Counted from the stretch's first letter, positions 7,908 through 17,901 are shown. The stretch is 64,000 nucleotides of DNA from Bacteroidota bacterium (GCA_013298545.1 JAAFIA010000014.1:32-64031), one strand, 5' to 3'. Program-made: numbers and translations. Notes: a model not told the origin generated them from the sequence alone.

Positions 7908-10892
7908 ATGAAAAAAATCTTCTCAATTCTAGCCGTTTCCTCAACGGTTTTTTTAACTGCTCAGATTGCTCCGGTAGCACCGAATAAAGCAAAACTGATT
8001 GAAAAAGTTACAACCAACGGTGTTGGCAAACCCTGCATCGCCTACGAAAAATATGTTTTGCCGAATGGCTTAACCTTGCTCGTTCACGAAGATCATTCCG
8101 ACCCGATTGCACACGTCGATGTAACGTATCACGTAGGATCGGCGCGCGAACAAGATGGCCGTTCGGGTTTTGCGCATTTCTTTGAACACATGATGTTTCA
8201 AGGATCAGAGCATGTGGGCGACGAGCAACATTTCAAAATGGTAACCGAAGCTGGCGGAACGATGAATGGCACAACCAACAACGACCGCACCAATTATTTT
8301 GAAACGGTTCCGGCCAATTACCTAGAAATGGCGTTGTGGCTTGAAGCAGATCGCATGGGTTTTTTGCTCGATTCGGTTACACAGAAAAAATTTGAGATTC
8401 AACGCTCAACAGTTAAGAACGAGCGCGGACAGAATTACGACAACGCGCCTTATGGTTTGTTGTGGGAGAAAATTGGCGAAGCCATGTATCCTGTCGGGCA
8501 TCCGTATTCTTGGCAGACCATTGGTTATATCGAAGATTTGAATCGCGTGAATGTGCAAGATTTGAAAAACTTTTTCATGCGTTGGTATGGTCCAAACAAT
8601 GCGACTGTAACAGTTGCTGGTGACGTGAACACCGCCGATGTGGTGAAATTGGTAGAAAAGTATTTTGGTACGATCAAGCGTGGCCCTGCTGTAACGGCTA
8701 TGCCAAAAGCGCCTGTTACCTTAGATAAAAATCGGTGCATTTCTTACGAAGACAATGTGCGTATGGCGCAACTTTCTCTGGCATGGCCGGGCGTGTATTC
8801 GTGGCACGAAGATGAAGCAGCGTTGGATGTGTTGTCGAGTATTATTGGCGATGGAAAAAGTTCTGTTTTCTACGAAACGTTTGTAGAATCGGAAATTGCA
8901 GAACGCGCTTCGATGTTTAGTAGCACATCGGAACTAGCCGGACAAATCATGGTCAATATTCGTGCGTATCCGGGACATTCGTTGCGCGAGATTGATAGTT
9001 TGGTGAATGTGGCTTTTGCGAAATTTGAGAAACGTGGTGTAACGGATGATGATTTACAACGGTTCAAAATTTACATTGAAACGTACATGATTGATCAGAT
9101 GTTGAGTGTTGGCGATAAAGCTTCGACATTGGCGTATTACCAAACATTTTTTGGCAATGCCAATTTGGTGAATAAGGACATGGAACGCTATCAGCGCGTT
9201 ACGAAAGAAGATGTGATGCGTGTGTACAACAAGTACATCAAAAACAAAGCGCAAGTGTGCATGAGCATTTACCCGAAAGGAAAAGTGGACAAAGCACGTC
9301 TTGATAATTTCACACCGCCAAAACGCAATACAGACACACCTGAAGCATCGGAATACAAAAACCTTTCCTACGTTCACCCAACCGATTTTTTCGATCGCAG
9401 TAAAAAACCAGTTGCGGGTGCAACACCTGTTGTGAAATCTCCTGCATTGTGGCGCAATACGTCTGGAAATGGTTTGCGCATGATTGGAACACAATCGACC
9501 GAAGTGCCGCGTACGTTTATGATGTTGAGTATTTCGGCAGGGCATCGTCAAGAAAATCCTGAACAGGCTGGTATTGCTTACCTCATGGTGAAAATGCTTG
9601 ATCAATCAACTGAAAAACGCGAAGCCTCTGAAATTGAAAAGCAATTTGAATTGTTGGGAAGTGAAGTAAGTATCAGTTCCGACAACGACGAAATTCAAGT
9701 TTATGTATCTGCGTTGACACGCAATCTGGATGCAACACTCGCTTTGGTGGAAGAAAAATTATTTCATCCCAAATTCGATCAGCAAGAATTTGATTTGATG
9801 AAGAAACAACAGCTCGAATCGGTAAAAAACATGTCGATTCAGCCTGTATCAATGGCCAATTTGGTTTTCAACCGCATGGTATATGGAGAGAATCACATCA
9901 TGGCCCTTCCGAGTATCGGAACACAGGAAACCGTCTCGAAGTTGACGATTGAGGATGTGAAAGCGTATTACAAAAAAATGATGTCGCCAAACATTGCTCG
10001 TCTTGTTGTGGTGAGTGATGTGCCGAAAGAAAAAATGTTGCCTAAGTTGACGTTCTTAGATCGTTGGGCCTCAACAGGTGTTTCACTTAAAACAGAAGCA
10101 GAGTTGGGAACGCCTCCTGCGGGTGGACCAACTACGATTTATTTGTTCAATAAAGACAAAGCAGCGCAATCTGAAATTCGTGTGGGACGTTTGGGAATGA
10201 CGTACAATGCAACGGGTGAATATTATCAAGCTACGGTGATGAACTACATGTTGGGTGGTAATTTCAATAGCCGTATCAATTTAAAATTGCGCGAAGAGAA
10301 AGGTTGGACTTACGGCGCGCGTTCTGGATTTGGAGGAACGAATTATACGGGAACATTTGTTGCTTCTGCTGGTGTGCGCTGGGATGCTTCAGATAGTTCT
10401 ATTGTGGAGTTTGTGAATGTCATTCGTGATTATGGCAAGTCGGGGCCAACAGCACAGGAATTAGAATACACGAAGAAAGCCATGTCGCAAAGCGAGGCTT
10501 TGCGTTATGAAGAGCCTTTGCAGAAATTGTTTTTCTTGAAACGTATTCTCGATTATAATCTGGCTGATGATTATACCATTGCCCAAAATCAGGCTTTGCA
10601 AAATATGAATGAGAAAGATGCTGACGCTTTAGCCAAAAAATGGTTAGATCCCGATCACATGGTGGTGGCTGTTGTTGGCGACAAAGCGCGCATTGGCGAT
10701 AAATTGGCTAAACTTGGTTACAATGTGGTGGAAGTAGATGCAACGGGTAAACCGATGCCTACGACCGTGAAAGAAGAGCCGAAGAAAGAAGAACCCAAGC
10801 CCAATCCGCCAGTAGAAGAAACGAAAAAGAAGAAAACTAAAAAATCGAAGAAACGTACGCGTGGTGCGAAGTATGATGAAATCACGAAGTAA
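7908..10892 (+). CDS. M16-family zinc peptidase (pitrilysin/insulinase-like, two M16 halves) with lysine-rich C-terminal tail
   Basis: Signal peptide. Inverted zinc motif HFFEHMMFQG (HxxEH) plus NAxT/ENER region. 994 aa, consistent with tandem M16 active and inactive domains. C-terminal KEEPKKEEPKPNPPVEETKKKKTKKSKKRTRG. Confidence 0.85.
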   Translation: MKKIFSILAVSSTVFLTAQIAPVAPNKAKLIEKVTTNGVGKPCIAYEKYVLPNGLTLLVHEDHSDPIAHVDVTYHVGSAREQDGRSGFAHFFEHMMFQGSEHVGDEQHFKMVTEAGGTMNGTTNNDRTNYFETVPANYLEMALWLEADRMGFLLDSVTQKKFEIQRSTVKNERGQNYDNAPYGLLWEKIGEAMYPVGHPYSWQTIGYIEDLNRVNVQDLKNFFMRWYGPNNATVTVAGDVNTADVVKLVEKYFGTIKRGPAVTAMPKAPVTLDKNRCISYEDNVRMAQLSLAWPGVYSWHEDEAALDVLSSIIGDGKSSVFYETFVESEIAERASMFSSTSELAGQIMVNIRAYPGHSLREIDSLVNVAFAKFEKRGVTDDDLQRFKIYIETYMIDQMLSVGDKASTLAYYQTFFGNANLVNKDMERYQRVTKEDVMRVYNKYIKNKAQVCMSIYPKGKVDKARLDNFTPPKRNTDTPEASEYKNLSYVHPTDFFDRSKKPVAGATPVVKSPALWRNTSGNGLRMIGTQSTEVPRTFMMLSISAGHRQENPEQAGIAYLMVKMLDQSTEKREASEIEKQFELLGSEVSISSDNDEIQVYVSALTRNLDATLALVEEKLFHPKFDQQEFDLMKKQQLESVKNMSIQPVSMANLVFNRMVYGENHIMALPSIGTQETVSKLTIEDVKAYYKKMMSPNIARLVVVSDVPKEKMLPKLTFLDRWASTGVSLKTEAELGTPPAGGPTTIYLFNKDKAAQSEIRVGRLGMTYNATGEYYQATVMNYMLGGNFNSRINLKLREEKGWTYGARSGFGGTNYTGTFVASAGVRWDASDSSIVEFVNVIRDYGKSGPTAQELEYTKKAMSQSEALRYEEPLQKLFFLKRILDYNLADDYTIAQNQALQNMNEKDADALAKKWLDPDHMVVAVVGDKARIGDKLAKLGYNVVEVDATGKPMPTTVKEEPKKEEPKPNPPVEETKKKKTKKSKKRTRGAKYDEITK

Positions 10893-10915
10893 GCGCGAAT
10901 ACGGTAATTGAAAAT

Positions 10916-10958
10916 AAAAATCGTCCGTTGCGTTTATGCTTCGGACGATTTTTATTTT
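10916..10958 (+). terminator. Rho-independent terminator after M16 peptidase gene
   Basis: Hairpin aaaaatcgtccg...cggacgattttt followed by a T-run. Confidence 0.6.
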
Positions 10959-10972
10959 AATCGGTAAGAACT

Positions 10973-11422
10973 ATGAACATACGTTGCTATAAAGCTACTG
11001 ACAAAGAAAACTTGGTTGCATTACTTCGCTTGCTTACGCCAGCGTATTTTGCACCGGAGGAAGAAGCTGATTTTATCATGTATCTCGATTTGCATGCAAC
11101 AGATTATTTTGTTGTAGAAGATGGTGCTGAATTGGTTGCGTGTGGTGGATTTAATGCTTCGAAAACAATTGGTGAGATTAAAATAGCTTGGGACATGGTT
11201 CATCCCAATTATCAAGGAAAAGGAATTGGTGGTCGTTTACTCCAGTATCGAATAGAAAAAATACAACAGATCGAAAACATCAATACGATTGTCGTGCGTA
11301 CTACGCAAAAAGCCGATGTGTTTTATGCGAAGCATGGTTTTGAGACAAAGAAAATTGTGGTTGATTATTGGGCCAAAGGCTTTGATCTCTATCACATGGA
11401 ACGGCCTTTGCATTTGGATTGA
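10973..11422 (+). CDS. GNAT-family N-acetyltransferase
   Basis: Motif A region QGKGIGGRLLQYRIEKI; 149 aa. Confidence 0.7.
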   Translation: MNIRCYKATDKENLVALLRLLTPAYFAPEEEADFIMYLDLHATDYFVVEDGAELVACGGFNASKTIGEIKIAWDMVHPNYQGKGIGGRLLQYRIEKIQQIENINTIVVRTTQKADVFYAKHGFETKKIVVDYWAKGFDLYHMERPLHLD

Positions 11423-11444
11423 ATCAATGCTCTTCTAACGGTAT

Positions 11445-11482
11445 AAAAAAATCGCGTCCAGTTTGTTGGACGCGATTTTTTT
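11445..11482. terminator. Bidirectional rho-independent terminator between convergent genes
   Basis: aaaaaaatcgcgtcca gtttgt tggacgcgattttttt. A-run on one side and T-run on the other, between + gene end 11422 and - gene end 11498. Confidence 0.6.
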
Positions 11483-11497
11483 ATGCTTTTCAGGTGT

Positions 11498-13279
11498 TTA
11501 TTCTGAAATGAATTTGCCTGTTACCAAACGTTTTTCATCCTGAACAATTTCGTAGAAATACAATCCAGCAGGATAATTTGCGGCATCGAGTGGAATGATG
11601 CTGCGGGTTAAATTCTCTTCGGTATAAACTACGCGTCCTTGCATATCATAAATACGAAGTGCAAGTGTATTCAAACCAAAAGCTGCAAAATTATCAATGC
11701 GAATTGCGCCAACATCGTTCATCGGATTTGGATAAACCTGTGCATTTAAAGTTGCAGAAGCAATTCCATTTGTGCTGAGCGGGAAAGCACCTTCATTGAC
11801 TGTAATGTTTTGATCGGCAGGAAGCGCGAGCATTTTATCAACGATTCCAGAAGGCCATTGAATGGTAACGCTATCAATACCTGTATTTTGGCCAAGACCG
11901 AAGTGCATTTCAAAACTGTTTTGTGTGCCATAGGCTTCGCCAGAACGAACTTCGCGTACTTGAATGCCAAATGCACCATAAATTTTTACGATAGCACCAA
12001 TTCCATTTAAACTACTAAAGCCATTTGCAGCACCGCCAACCAAATCGAATTTAATCCAATGATTAGTATTGCCTGCTGCAATTGATCCATTCATCCACAA
12101 ACGGTCGTTGCGGCTACTTGGTGAATTGTAGATGTTGCAGTAACTCGCATACACATCTAAAAATCCATCGTCGTTGAGATCACCAACTGCATGTGATGTG
12201 ATTTTGTTGGTATTGTAAACAAAGGGATTTGCTTGTAGGTTGAATGTACCATCGCCATTTCCGGTGTAGAGGTAATGTTCCGTTCCAGAGATCAACAAAT
12301 CAAGATTGCCATCGTTATCAAAATCATGGAACGTGGCATTCATTCCAAAATAAGTATCAGTAGGAGCAATACCGCATGTGCTGGTAACATCGGTAAATAC
12401 ACCTGACCCATCGTTGAGCATCATGTTGCTATTGACATCGTAGTTGAGTACAAAAGCATCCATATCGCCATCGTTGTCCACATCGCCCCAAGCGGTACTC
12501 CAACTTTGTGCACCGAGGCGTAAGTTGGATGTATTGGTTACATCTTGTGTAAATGTACCATTGCCATTGTTTAAGAAAACTTGATTGATACGACGCGCAT
12601 CGCTAGAATTAGAAACGTTTTGACGGCAGTGTGTAATGTATAAGTCAATCAAACCATCGTTGTTGATGTCTGTCCAGATCGAAGCATAGTTGCCGCTATT
12701 GTCGGAGGTTGGAAAAGTGGCTAAAGGCATGAGGCTTTGGTCGAAAGTCCAGCCCGTTCCATTGTTGTTGACGTAGATGTGCGACATGGCAACGTCGTTA
12801 CACACAAAGGCATCGATAAAGTGATCTGGTGTAACAGGTGCGAAGTTTGCGCCTTGAACGAAGATTGATCCTGCACCAGTAGCTGTCGTTACGTTTGTTC
12901 CGGTGTATGAAGTGGCCATATTGTCGGCAACCAAAATTCGGGTACTGCCGTTATTTCCCCAGAGCACATCATTTTTTCCGTTATTGTCCACATCGCCAAT
13001 ACACATGCCCCAAGGGCTTCCGAACGTATTGGTGAACGAGGATTCGGTAAATGTGCCATTGGATGTTCCTTGGTACTCGATATACATCGTGGTATTTTGC
13101 GATGCACGAATGATGTCATCTTTTCCATCGCCATTCATATCACAAACGCCAATCGCATTTCCGCTATGGAATGTTGTCGTAGGCAAAAGTGTTGTTTGAT
13201 TGGAAAAAGGAATTTGAGCAGTTACAGCGATTGGTAAAAAGACTGCAACGAAGCTACTGAGGTGTAGCATTTTTTTCAT
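11498..13279 (-). CDS. FG-GAP/VCBS-repeat (integrin-alpha-like) secreted protein with T9SS C-terminal sorting domain
   Basis: ATG at 13279 (MKKMLHLSSFVAVFLPIAVTAQ signal peptide); the track start 13375 is upstream. Repeated DxDxDGxxD/FG-GAP-like motifs (CDMNGDGKDDII, GDVDNNGKNDVL, DINNDGLIDLY, GDVDNDGDMDAF, HDFDNDGNLDLL, GDLNDDGFLDVY). C-terminal about 80 aa matches T9SS type-A CTD (VYPNP...GLYFYEI...). Confidence 0.7.
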   Translation of the reverse strand: MKKMLHLSSFVAVFLPIAVTAQIPFSNQTTLLPTTTFHSGNAIGVCDMNGDGKDDIIRASQNTTMYIEYQGTSNGTFTESSFTNTFGSPWGMCIGDVDNNGKNDVLWGNNGSTRILVADNMATSYTGTNVTTATGAGSIFVQGANFAPVTPDHFIDAFVCNDVAMSHIYVNNNGTGWTFDQSLMPLATFPTSDNSGNYASIWTDINNDGLIDLYITHCRQNVSNSSDARRINQVFLNNGNGTFTQDVTNTSNLRLGAQSWSTAWGDVDNDGDMDAFVLNYDVNSNMMLNDGSGVFTDVTSTCGIAPTDTYFGMNATFHDFDNDGNLDLLISGTEHYLYTGNGDGTFNLQANPFVYNTNKITSHAVGDLNDDGFLDVYASYCNIYNSPSSRNDRLWMNGSIAAGNTNHWIKFDLVGGAANGFSSLNGIGAIVKIYGAFGIQVREVRSGEAYGTQNSFEMHFGLGQNTGIDSVTIQWPSGIVDKMLALPADQNITVNEGAFPLSTNGIASATLNAQVYPNPMNDVGAIRIDNFAAFGLNTLALRIYDMQGRVVYTEENLTRSIIPLDAANYPAGLYFYEIVQDEKRLVTGKFISE

Positions 13280-13383
13280 GGTTGGTGTTTTTGAATACGT
13301 AATATTACGAAAAGAATTTGATTGAGAAATTGTATTTTTCATGAAATGTCTTTTTGTTATGTGTAAATTAGGCACTTGTAATT

Positions 13384-15351
13384 ATGGCTCAACAACTCAT
13401 CACCTACTTCAACCGTTTTAAAGCATTTGTGATTTTAGCGGTTGCTATACTTTTAACTGCTTCTGCCAGTATTTTCATTGGCGATAAAGCGGAGGCAAAA
13501 ACATTTCATACGCCTGCCGAACGCGCGCGCTTGCACGAGATGTTACAAACTTTACCTACCGATACAAATTTGTGGTTTGGTGGTTCTGGGAAATGTGCGG
13601 GATGTCATGGACATGATCCGGCTGGAAACGCGTTCATTACAAGCACAGGCGAAGATGTGAATATTGCTGATGCTTGGGCCGGAACGATGATGGCCAATTC
13701 GGCCAAGGATCCATTTTGGCGCGCAAAAGTGAGTCACGAAATTTTGGTCAATCCCGGACTTCAGCAGGATATTGAAAATTTATGTACACGTTGCCACGCG
13801 CCTGTTGGTCGTTTTGAGGCTGAGTACACGGGTCAAATGCCCTATTCGATTGCGGCTATGGAACAAGATTCGCTTGCACTCGATGGGGTGAATTGTAGCG
13901 CATGCCACCAACAATTCGATACGTTACTGGGGCGCAATTTTTCGGGCAATTTGCATTATAAACGCAAACAAGTTTGGGGGCCATACACCGATCCGTTTAC
14001 TGGGCCAATGCAATTTTTTGCCGGATTTACACCCAATTACGGCCCACACGTTACGCGGGGTGGATTTTGCGGCGGTTGCCATACACTACAAACCAATACG
14101 GTTGATTTATCGGGGCAGTTGACAGGACAAGTATTTACCGAACAAGCAACGTATCACGAATGGCTCAATTCGCAGTATAGCGATACGGCTGCAGCAACGG
14201 CGCGTTCTTGCCAGAGTTGCCATCTTCCACGCATTACCGATCCGGTAGATATTGCAACCAATTATCCTTTTCTCGATAGTCGTACACCGTTTGGCAAACA
14301 TTACCTTGTTGGTGGCAATGCGTTTATGTTGAAATTGATGCGCAACAATATGTCTGCAATTGGTGCAACATGCCAACCCGAAAATTTCGATACAGCAATT
14401 GTGCGCACGATGCGTATGTTGCGCGATAGTACAGTGAATTTGACATTGACAGAGGCGAATCGTACAAGCGATACCGTATTTTTCGATGTGCGTGTATTGA
14501 ATAAAGCAGGACATAAATTTCCGTCAGGTTATCCGGCACGTATTGCCTGGATTGAGTTGGTGGTCATGGATGCAACCTTAGATACACTTTTTGCATCGGG
14601 TTTGCCTGATGGGAATGGCGATGTACGCAACCGCGATTTGCCATACGAGCCACATTACAATCAAATTACGTCATCGTCTCAAGTTCAGATTTACGAAATG
14701 GTTTTGGGTGATGTTGCTGGAAATGAAACAACGGTTTTGGAACGTGCCGATACGTCTTTGAAAGATAACCGTCTGCCACCAGTTGGCTTTACTACATCGC
14801 ACAATGCTTATGATACCTGTATCATTACACCTGATGCGCTTGGCGATACTGATTTTAATCGCGTGGGCATGACGCAAGGAACGGGAGCAGACGAAGTACA
14901 TTACCATGTTCCGCTTGCTGGATATACCGGCGCGTTGAATGTTTCTTGTCGGGTGTGGTATCAATCAGTTCCGCGTCGTTGGTTGGGCAATATGTTTAGT
15001 TTCTCATCGCCACAAATCACCGCGTTTCAGAATATGTACAATGCGGCTGATCTTGCTCCAGAATTGGTAGCGCAAGTGGTTTCGGGACCAATTATTACTT
15101 CGACGCAACCCGTTGCGCAACCGCAAATACGCATGTATCCAAATCCTACCGCCAATGGACAAGTTCAAGTTTCTGGTCTAGTCAATTCAGACTTAGTTTC
15201 CATCCAGATTTTTGATTTGACCGGACGTTTGGTTGCTCAACCGTCGGTAAATAATTTTGATGGAACAATTGAATTGCCAGCGCGTGGTTTGTACTTAGTA
15301 GCCATTGAAACGAAGAAAACGCGTATCGTGCAGAAAGTCTTGTGGCGCTAG
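13384..15351 (+). CDS. Multiheme c-type cytochrome (five CxxCH) with T9SS C-terminal sorting domain
   Basis: Signal/TM anchor. Heme motifs CAGCH, CTRCH, CSACH, CGGCH, CQSCH. C-terminal MYPNPTANGQVQVSGL...RGLYLVAIETKKTRIVQKVLWR resembles a T9SS type-A CTD. Confidence 0.65.
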   Translation: MAQQLITYFNRFKAFVILAVAILLTASASIFIGDKAEAKTFHTPAERARLHEMLQTLPTDTNLWFGGSGKCAGCHGHDPAGNAFITSTGEDVNIADAWAGTMMANSAKDPFWRAKVSHEILVNPGLQQDIENLCTRCHAPVGRFEAEYTGQMPYSIAAMEQDSLALDGVNCSACHQQFDTLLGRNFSGNLHYKRKQVWGPYTDPFTGPMQFFAGFTPNYGPHVTRGGFCGGCHTLQTNTVDLSGQLTGQVFTEQATYHEWLNSQYSDTAAATARSCQSCHLPRITDPVDIATNYPFLDSRTPFGKHYLVGGNAFMLKLMRNNMSAIGATCQPENFDTAIVRTMRMLRDSTVNLTLTEANRTSDTVFFDVRVLNKAGHKFPSGYPARIAWIELVVMDATLDTLFASGLPDGNGDVRNRDLPYEPHYNQITSSSQVQIYEMVLGDVAGNETTVLERADTSLKDNRLPPVGFTTSHNAYDTCIITPDALGDTDFNRVGMTQGTGADEVHYHVPLAGYTGALNVSCRVWYQSVPRRWLGNMFSFSSPQITAFQNMYNAADLAPELVAQVVSGPIITSTQPVAQPQIRMYPNPTANGQVQVSGLVNSDLVSIQIFDLTGRLVAQPSVNNFDGTIELPARGLYLVAIETKKTRIVQKVLWR

Positions 15352-15352
15352 T

Positions 15353-16282
15353 TTACGCGTTACTCTTTTTTATTCCGGCATACATCATTTTGTAAACAGG
15401 TGTTTCGATGTGCATGGCCTGTGCCGTTTCGATCACGTAACCCGTTAATGCTTCGAGTTCGGTATTGGGTTTCTTATTTCGGAAATCGCGCTGCATCGAA
15501 GAATTTGTGTCTGGCGGAAGTTTTTTAATTTTTTCGATGGCCCTTTCCTTGATGTGTTGGTCTAAGGAAATGCCTTTGTTTTTGGCAATAGCAATGACTT
15601 CATCAATTAATGCAGAAACAGCATCAAGGTGTTTTTCCATTAAAACGCCTGTGCCGCAATTGTAAAAAGTGGTTGCTGTTGCTGTTGGCGAAAGGAAAAT
15701 GTATTTCTCCCAAACTTTGGTGTTGATTTGACGATGGGCATACACATCAATTCCTGCGGCACGAAAGAGGTGTTCAAATTGAACGAGTTGTTCCATGTGA
15801 ATTTCTTCGCCGCCAAAATGCAATTGTTGTATCGCTCCCGAATTTTCAATCACACCTGCTTCTTTCAAATGCGATACAATGTAAACACAGCCTTCTAATA
15901 CCGCGTTCTCCGGAAATAGTTGTTTGATTTCAGTTGTAGCATTGACACCATTTTGAAGGGGAAGGATGATGGCGTTTTTATCGATGCAAGGTGAAAGTTG
16001 TTTTAAGGCGGTAGTTAAATCATAAGTCTTTGTGCAAACTATAATTAAATCGGTTCGGCCAACTTCCGTTGCATCATCGGTCGCTAGGAAAGGAGTGGCG
16101 ATAAATGCTTTTCCTTGTTCGATCACCTGAAGTCCGTTTTGCTGAATCTTCTGAAGATTTTCTCCTCGTGCAAAAAATACAATATTGATATCCGAGTTTG
16201 CGTAATGTTTGGCTAATAACCCACCAAAATAGCCGCCAACGCCACCAATACCTGCAACAATAATATTTGTTTTCGAACTCAT
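15353..16282 (-). CDS. panE: 2-dehydropantoate 2-reductase (ketopantoate reductase, ApbA/PanE family)
   Basis: N-terminal Rossmann motif IIVAGIGGVGGYFGG; ApbA-family length of 309 aa; ATG verified at 16282. Confidence 0.75.
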   Translation of the reverse strand: MSSKTNIIVAGIGGVGGYFGGLLAKHYANSDINIVFFARGENLQKIQQNGLQVIEQGKAFIATPFLATDDATEVGRTDLIIVCTKTYDLTTALKQLSPCIDKNAIILPLQNGVNATTEIKQLFPENAVLEGCVYIVSHLKEAGVIENSGAIQQLHFGGEEIHMEQLVQFEHLFRAAGIDVYAHRQINTKVWEKYIFLSPTATATTFYNCGTGVLMEKHLDAVSALIDEVIAIAKNKGISLDQHIKERAIEKIKKLPPDTNSSMQRDFRNKKPNTELEALTGYVIETAQAMHIETPVYKMMYAGIKKSNA

Positions 16283-16356
16283 GGTGTGCGTTTTTTGCTG
16301 AAATGGTGATTAGTTGATAGATCAACTAATTGATAGGTGTGTAGCGAATATGCTTA

Positions 16357-16803
16357 TTACCGTTTTTTCTTAAAAAATTCTTTCAATAAATTGCTGCATT
16401 CTTCTTCCAGCAATCCGCTAACAACTTCTGTTTTTGGATGAAGGACGGGTTGATTCAATCGGATATAGCCACGTTTCTGATCGGCGGCACCAAAAACAAT
16501 TTTTTTAATTTGCGACCAGTGCAAGGCTCCGGCGCACATCAAACAAGGCTCTAGTGTAACGTACAAGGTGCATTCATTTAAGTATTTTCCACCCAAATGA
16601 TTTGCGGCTGATGTAATGGCTTGCATTTCGGCGTGGGCGGTTACGTCGGTTAAGCGTTCGGTGAGGTTGTGTGCGCGGGCGATGATGGTATTGTCGCAAA
16701 CGATCACAGCACCAACAGGAACTTCGTCGGCCTCAAATGCGCGTTTGGCTTCTTTGAGTGCTTCGCGCATGAAATGCTCATCAGATTGAACGTAAAGTTG
16801 CAT
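16357..16803 (-). CDS. tadA: tRNA-specific adenosine deaminase
   Basis: Cytidine/deoxycytidylate deaminase zinc motifs HAEMQAI ... PCLMCAGAL; the ATG at 16803 (MQLYVQ...) is preferred over the upstream track start 16851. Confidence 0.8.
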   Translation of the reverse strand: MQLYVQSDEHFMREALKEAKRAFEADEVPVGAVIVCDNTIIARAHNLTERLTDVTAHAEMQAITSAANHLGGKYLNECTLYVTLEPCLMCAGALHWSQIKKIVFGAADQKRGYIRLNQPVLHPKTEVVSGLLEEECSNLLKEFFKKKR

Positions 16804-16854
16804 GGCGTAAAGGTAGCGATTCGTGTGAGTAAGCGATTCGCGTAAAATCAAAAA

Positions 16855-17901
16855 CTACTTCCACGGATTGCTAAACCGCTCATCGCTTATGAATGCAGAA
16901 TCGGTGAGTGTGAGCAGGAAAGCGAGTAATTGTTCTTTCTCGATTGCGGTAAGATGCACACCGCCATTTTTTGCAGCCGTCATTTTAGAGTCAACATTTT
17001 TTCCTGCGTGTACGCCTTCGCTGTAAAAATCAATGACCTCCCGTAGCGTTGCAAAACGTCCGTCGTGCATGTATGGCGCTGTAAGTGCGACATTGCGTAA
17101 GGATGGAATTTTGAATTGTCCCCATTCTTGTTGCTTTCCCGTAATTGCACCACGTCCACCATCCAGCGGCAATATTTTATCAAGACCATTGTTGCTGAAT
17201 TTTCCGGTGGTGCCAAGTGCGTTGCCGTCGGTGGTGTGGCAATGCAAGCAATCGCCCTTCGTCATGTCGTTGGCGATGACAAAACCTTCGGCTTCATCAT
17301 GCGTGAAAAAGGCTTTGCGTTGCGTCATGCCATCGTATTTTGAGCGGTAAGAAATCAGGGTACGCTCAAATTGTGCAATTGCAAAAGCAATCAATACACT
17401 ATCTATTTTCTGATTGCCAAAAACGGTTTCAAATTGTTTCTTGTAAAATGGATTTCGACTGATGCGTATGGCTGCAAGTTTCCAATCGAGGTCCATTTCG
17501 TTGTGCGCGCTTACAGGTTGAAAAACTTGCGTTTCGATGCTTGCGGCGCGGCCATCCCAGAAAAAATTTGAATACCATGCTAAGTTAAATAAAGGCATGG
17601 TGTTGCGTTTCATCAATTCACCATCAATTCCTTTGCTGAATTTTTTTCCACCGTCGGTAAAAGCAAATTCTTGTTTGTGGCACGAGGCGCAAGAAATAGA
17701 ACTATCGCGGCTTAAAACCGGATCATAAAATAAATATCGACCGAGCAACGCCCCTTCATTGCTAACTGGATTTTCTGCCGAAGAAGACATAGGCGGGAAA
17801 AAACGCAGTTCGGGAAATTGGTAGGGCGTTGTGGTCTGCTGGGCCACAAAACCCACACAGACCACAACGGTAAAAAGGATCAGAAACGAAATGTGCCGCA
17901 C
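16855..17901 (-). CDS. Di-heme cytochrome c peroxidase (CCP/MauG family)
   Basis: Two CxxCH motifs (CASCH, CLHCH) with CCP-family spacing; signal peptide. Apparent GTG start 6 nt downstream of the upstream gene's stop. Confidence 0.8.
   Translation of the reverse strand: MRHISFLILFTVVVCVGFVAQQTTTPYQFPELRFFPPMSSSAENPVSNEGALLGRYLFYDPVLSRDSSISCASCHKQEFAFTDGGKKFSKGIDGELMKRNTMPLFNLAWYSNFFWDGRAASIETQVFQPVSAHNEMDLDWKLAAIRISRNPFYKKQFETVFGNQKIDSVLIAFAIAQFERTLISYRSKYDGMTQRKAFFTHDEAEGFVIANDMTKGDCLHCHTTDGNALGTTGKFSNNGLDKILPLDGGRGAITGKQQEWGQFKIPSLRNVALTAPYMHDGRFATLREVIDFYSEGVHAGKNVDSKMTAAKNGGVHLTAIEKEQLLAFLLTLTDSAFISDERFSNPWK

Noticed and set aside
9054-9605. 183-aa antisense ORF within the M16 peptidase gene
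   Set aside because: His/Cys/Arg-rich spurious translation; opposite a well-supported gene.
14107-14514. 135-aa antisense ORF within the multiheme cytochrome gene
   Set aside because: Cys/Arg/Ile-rich spurious antisense translation with no motifs.
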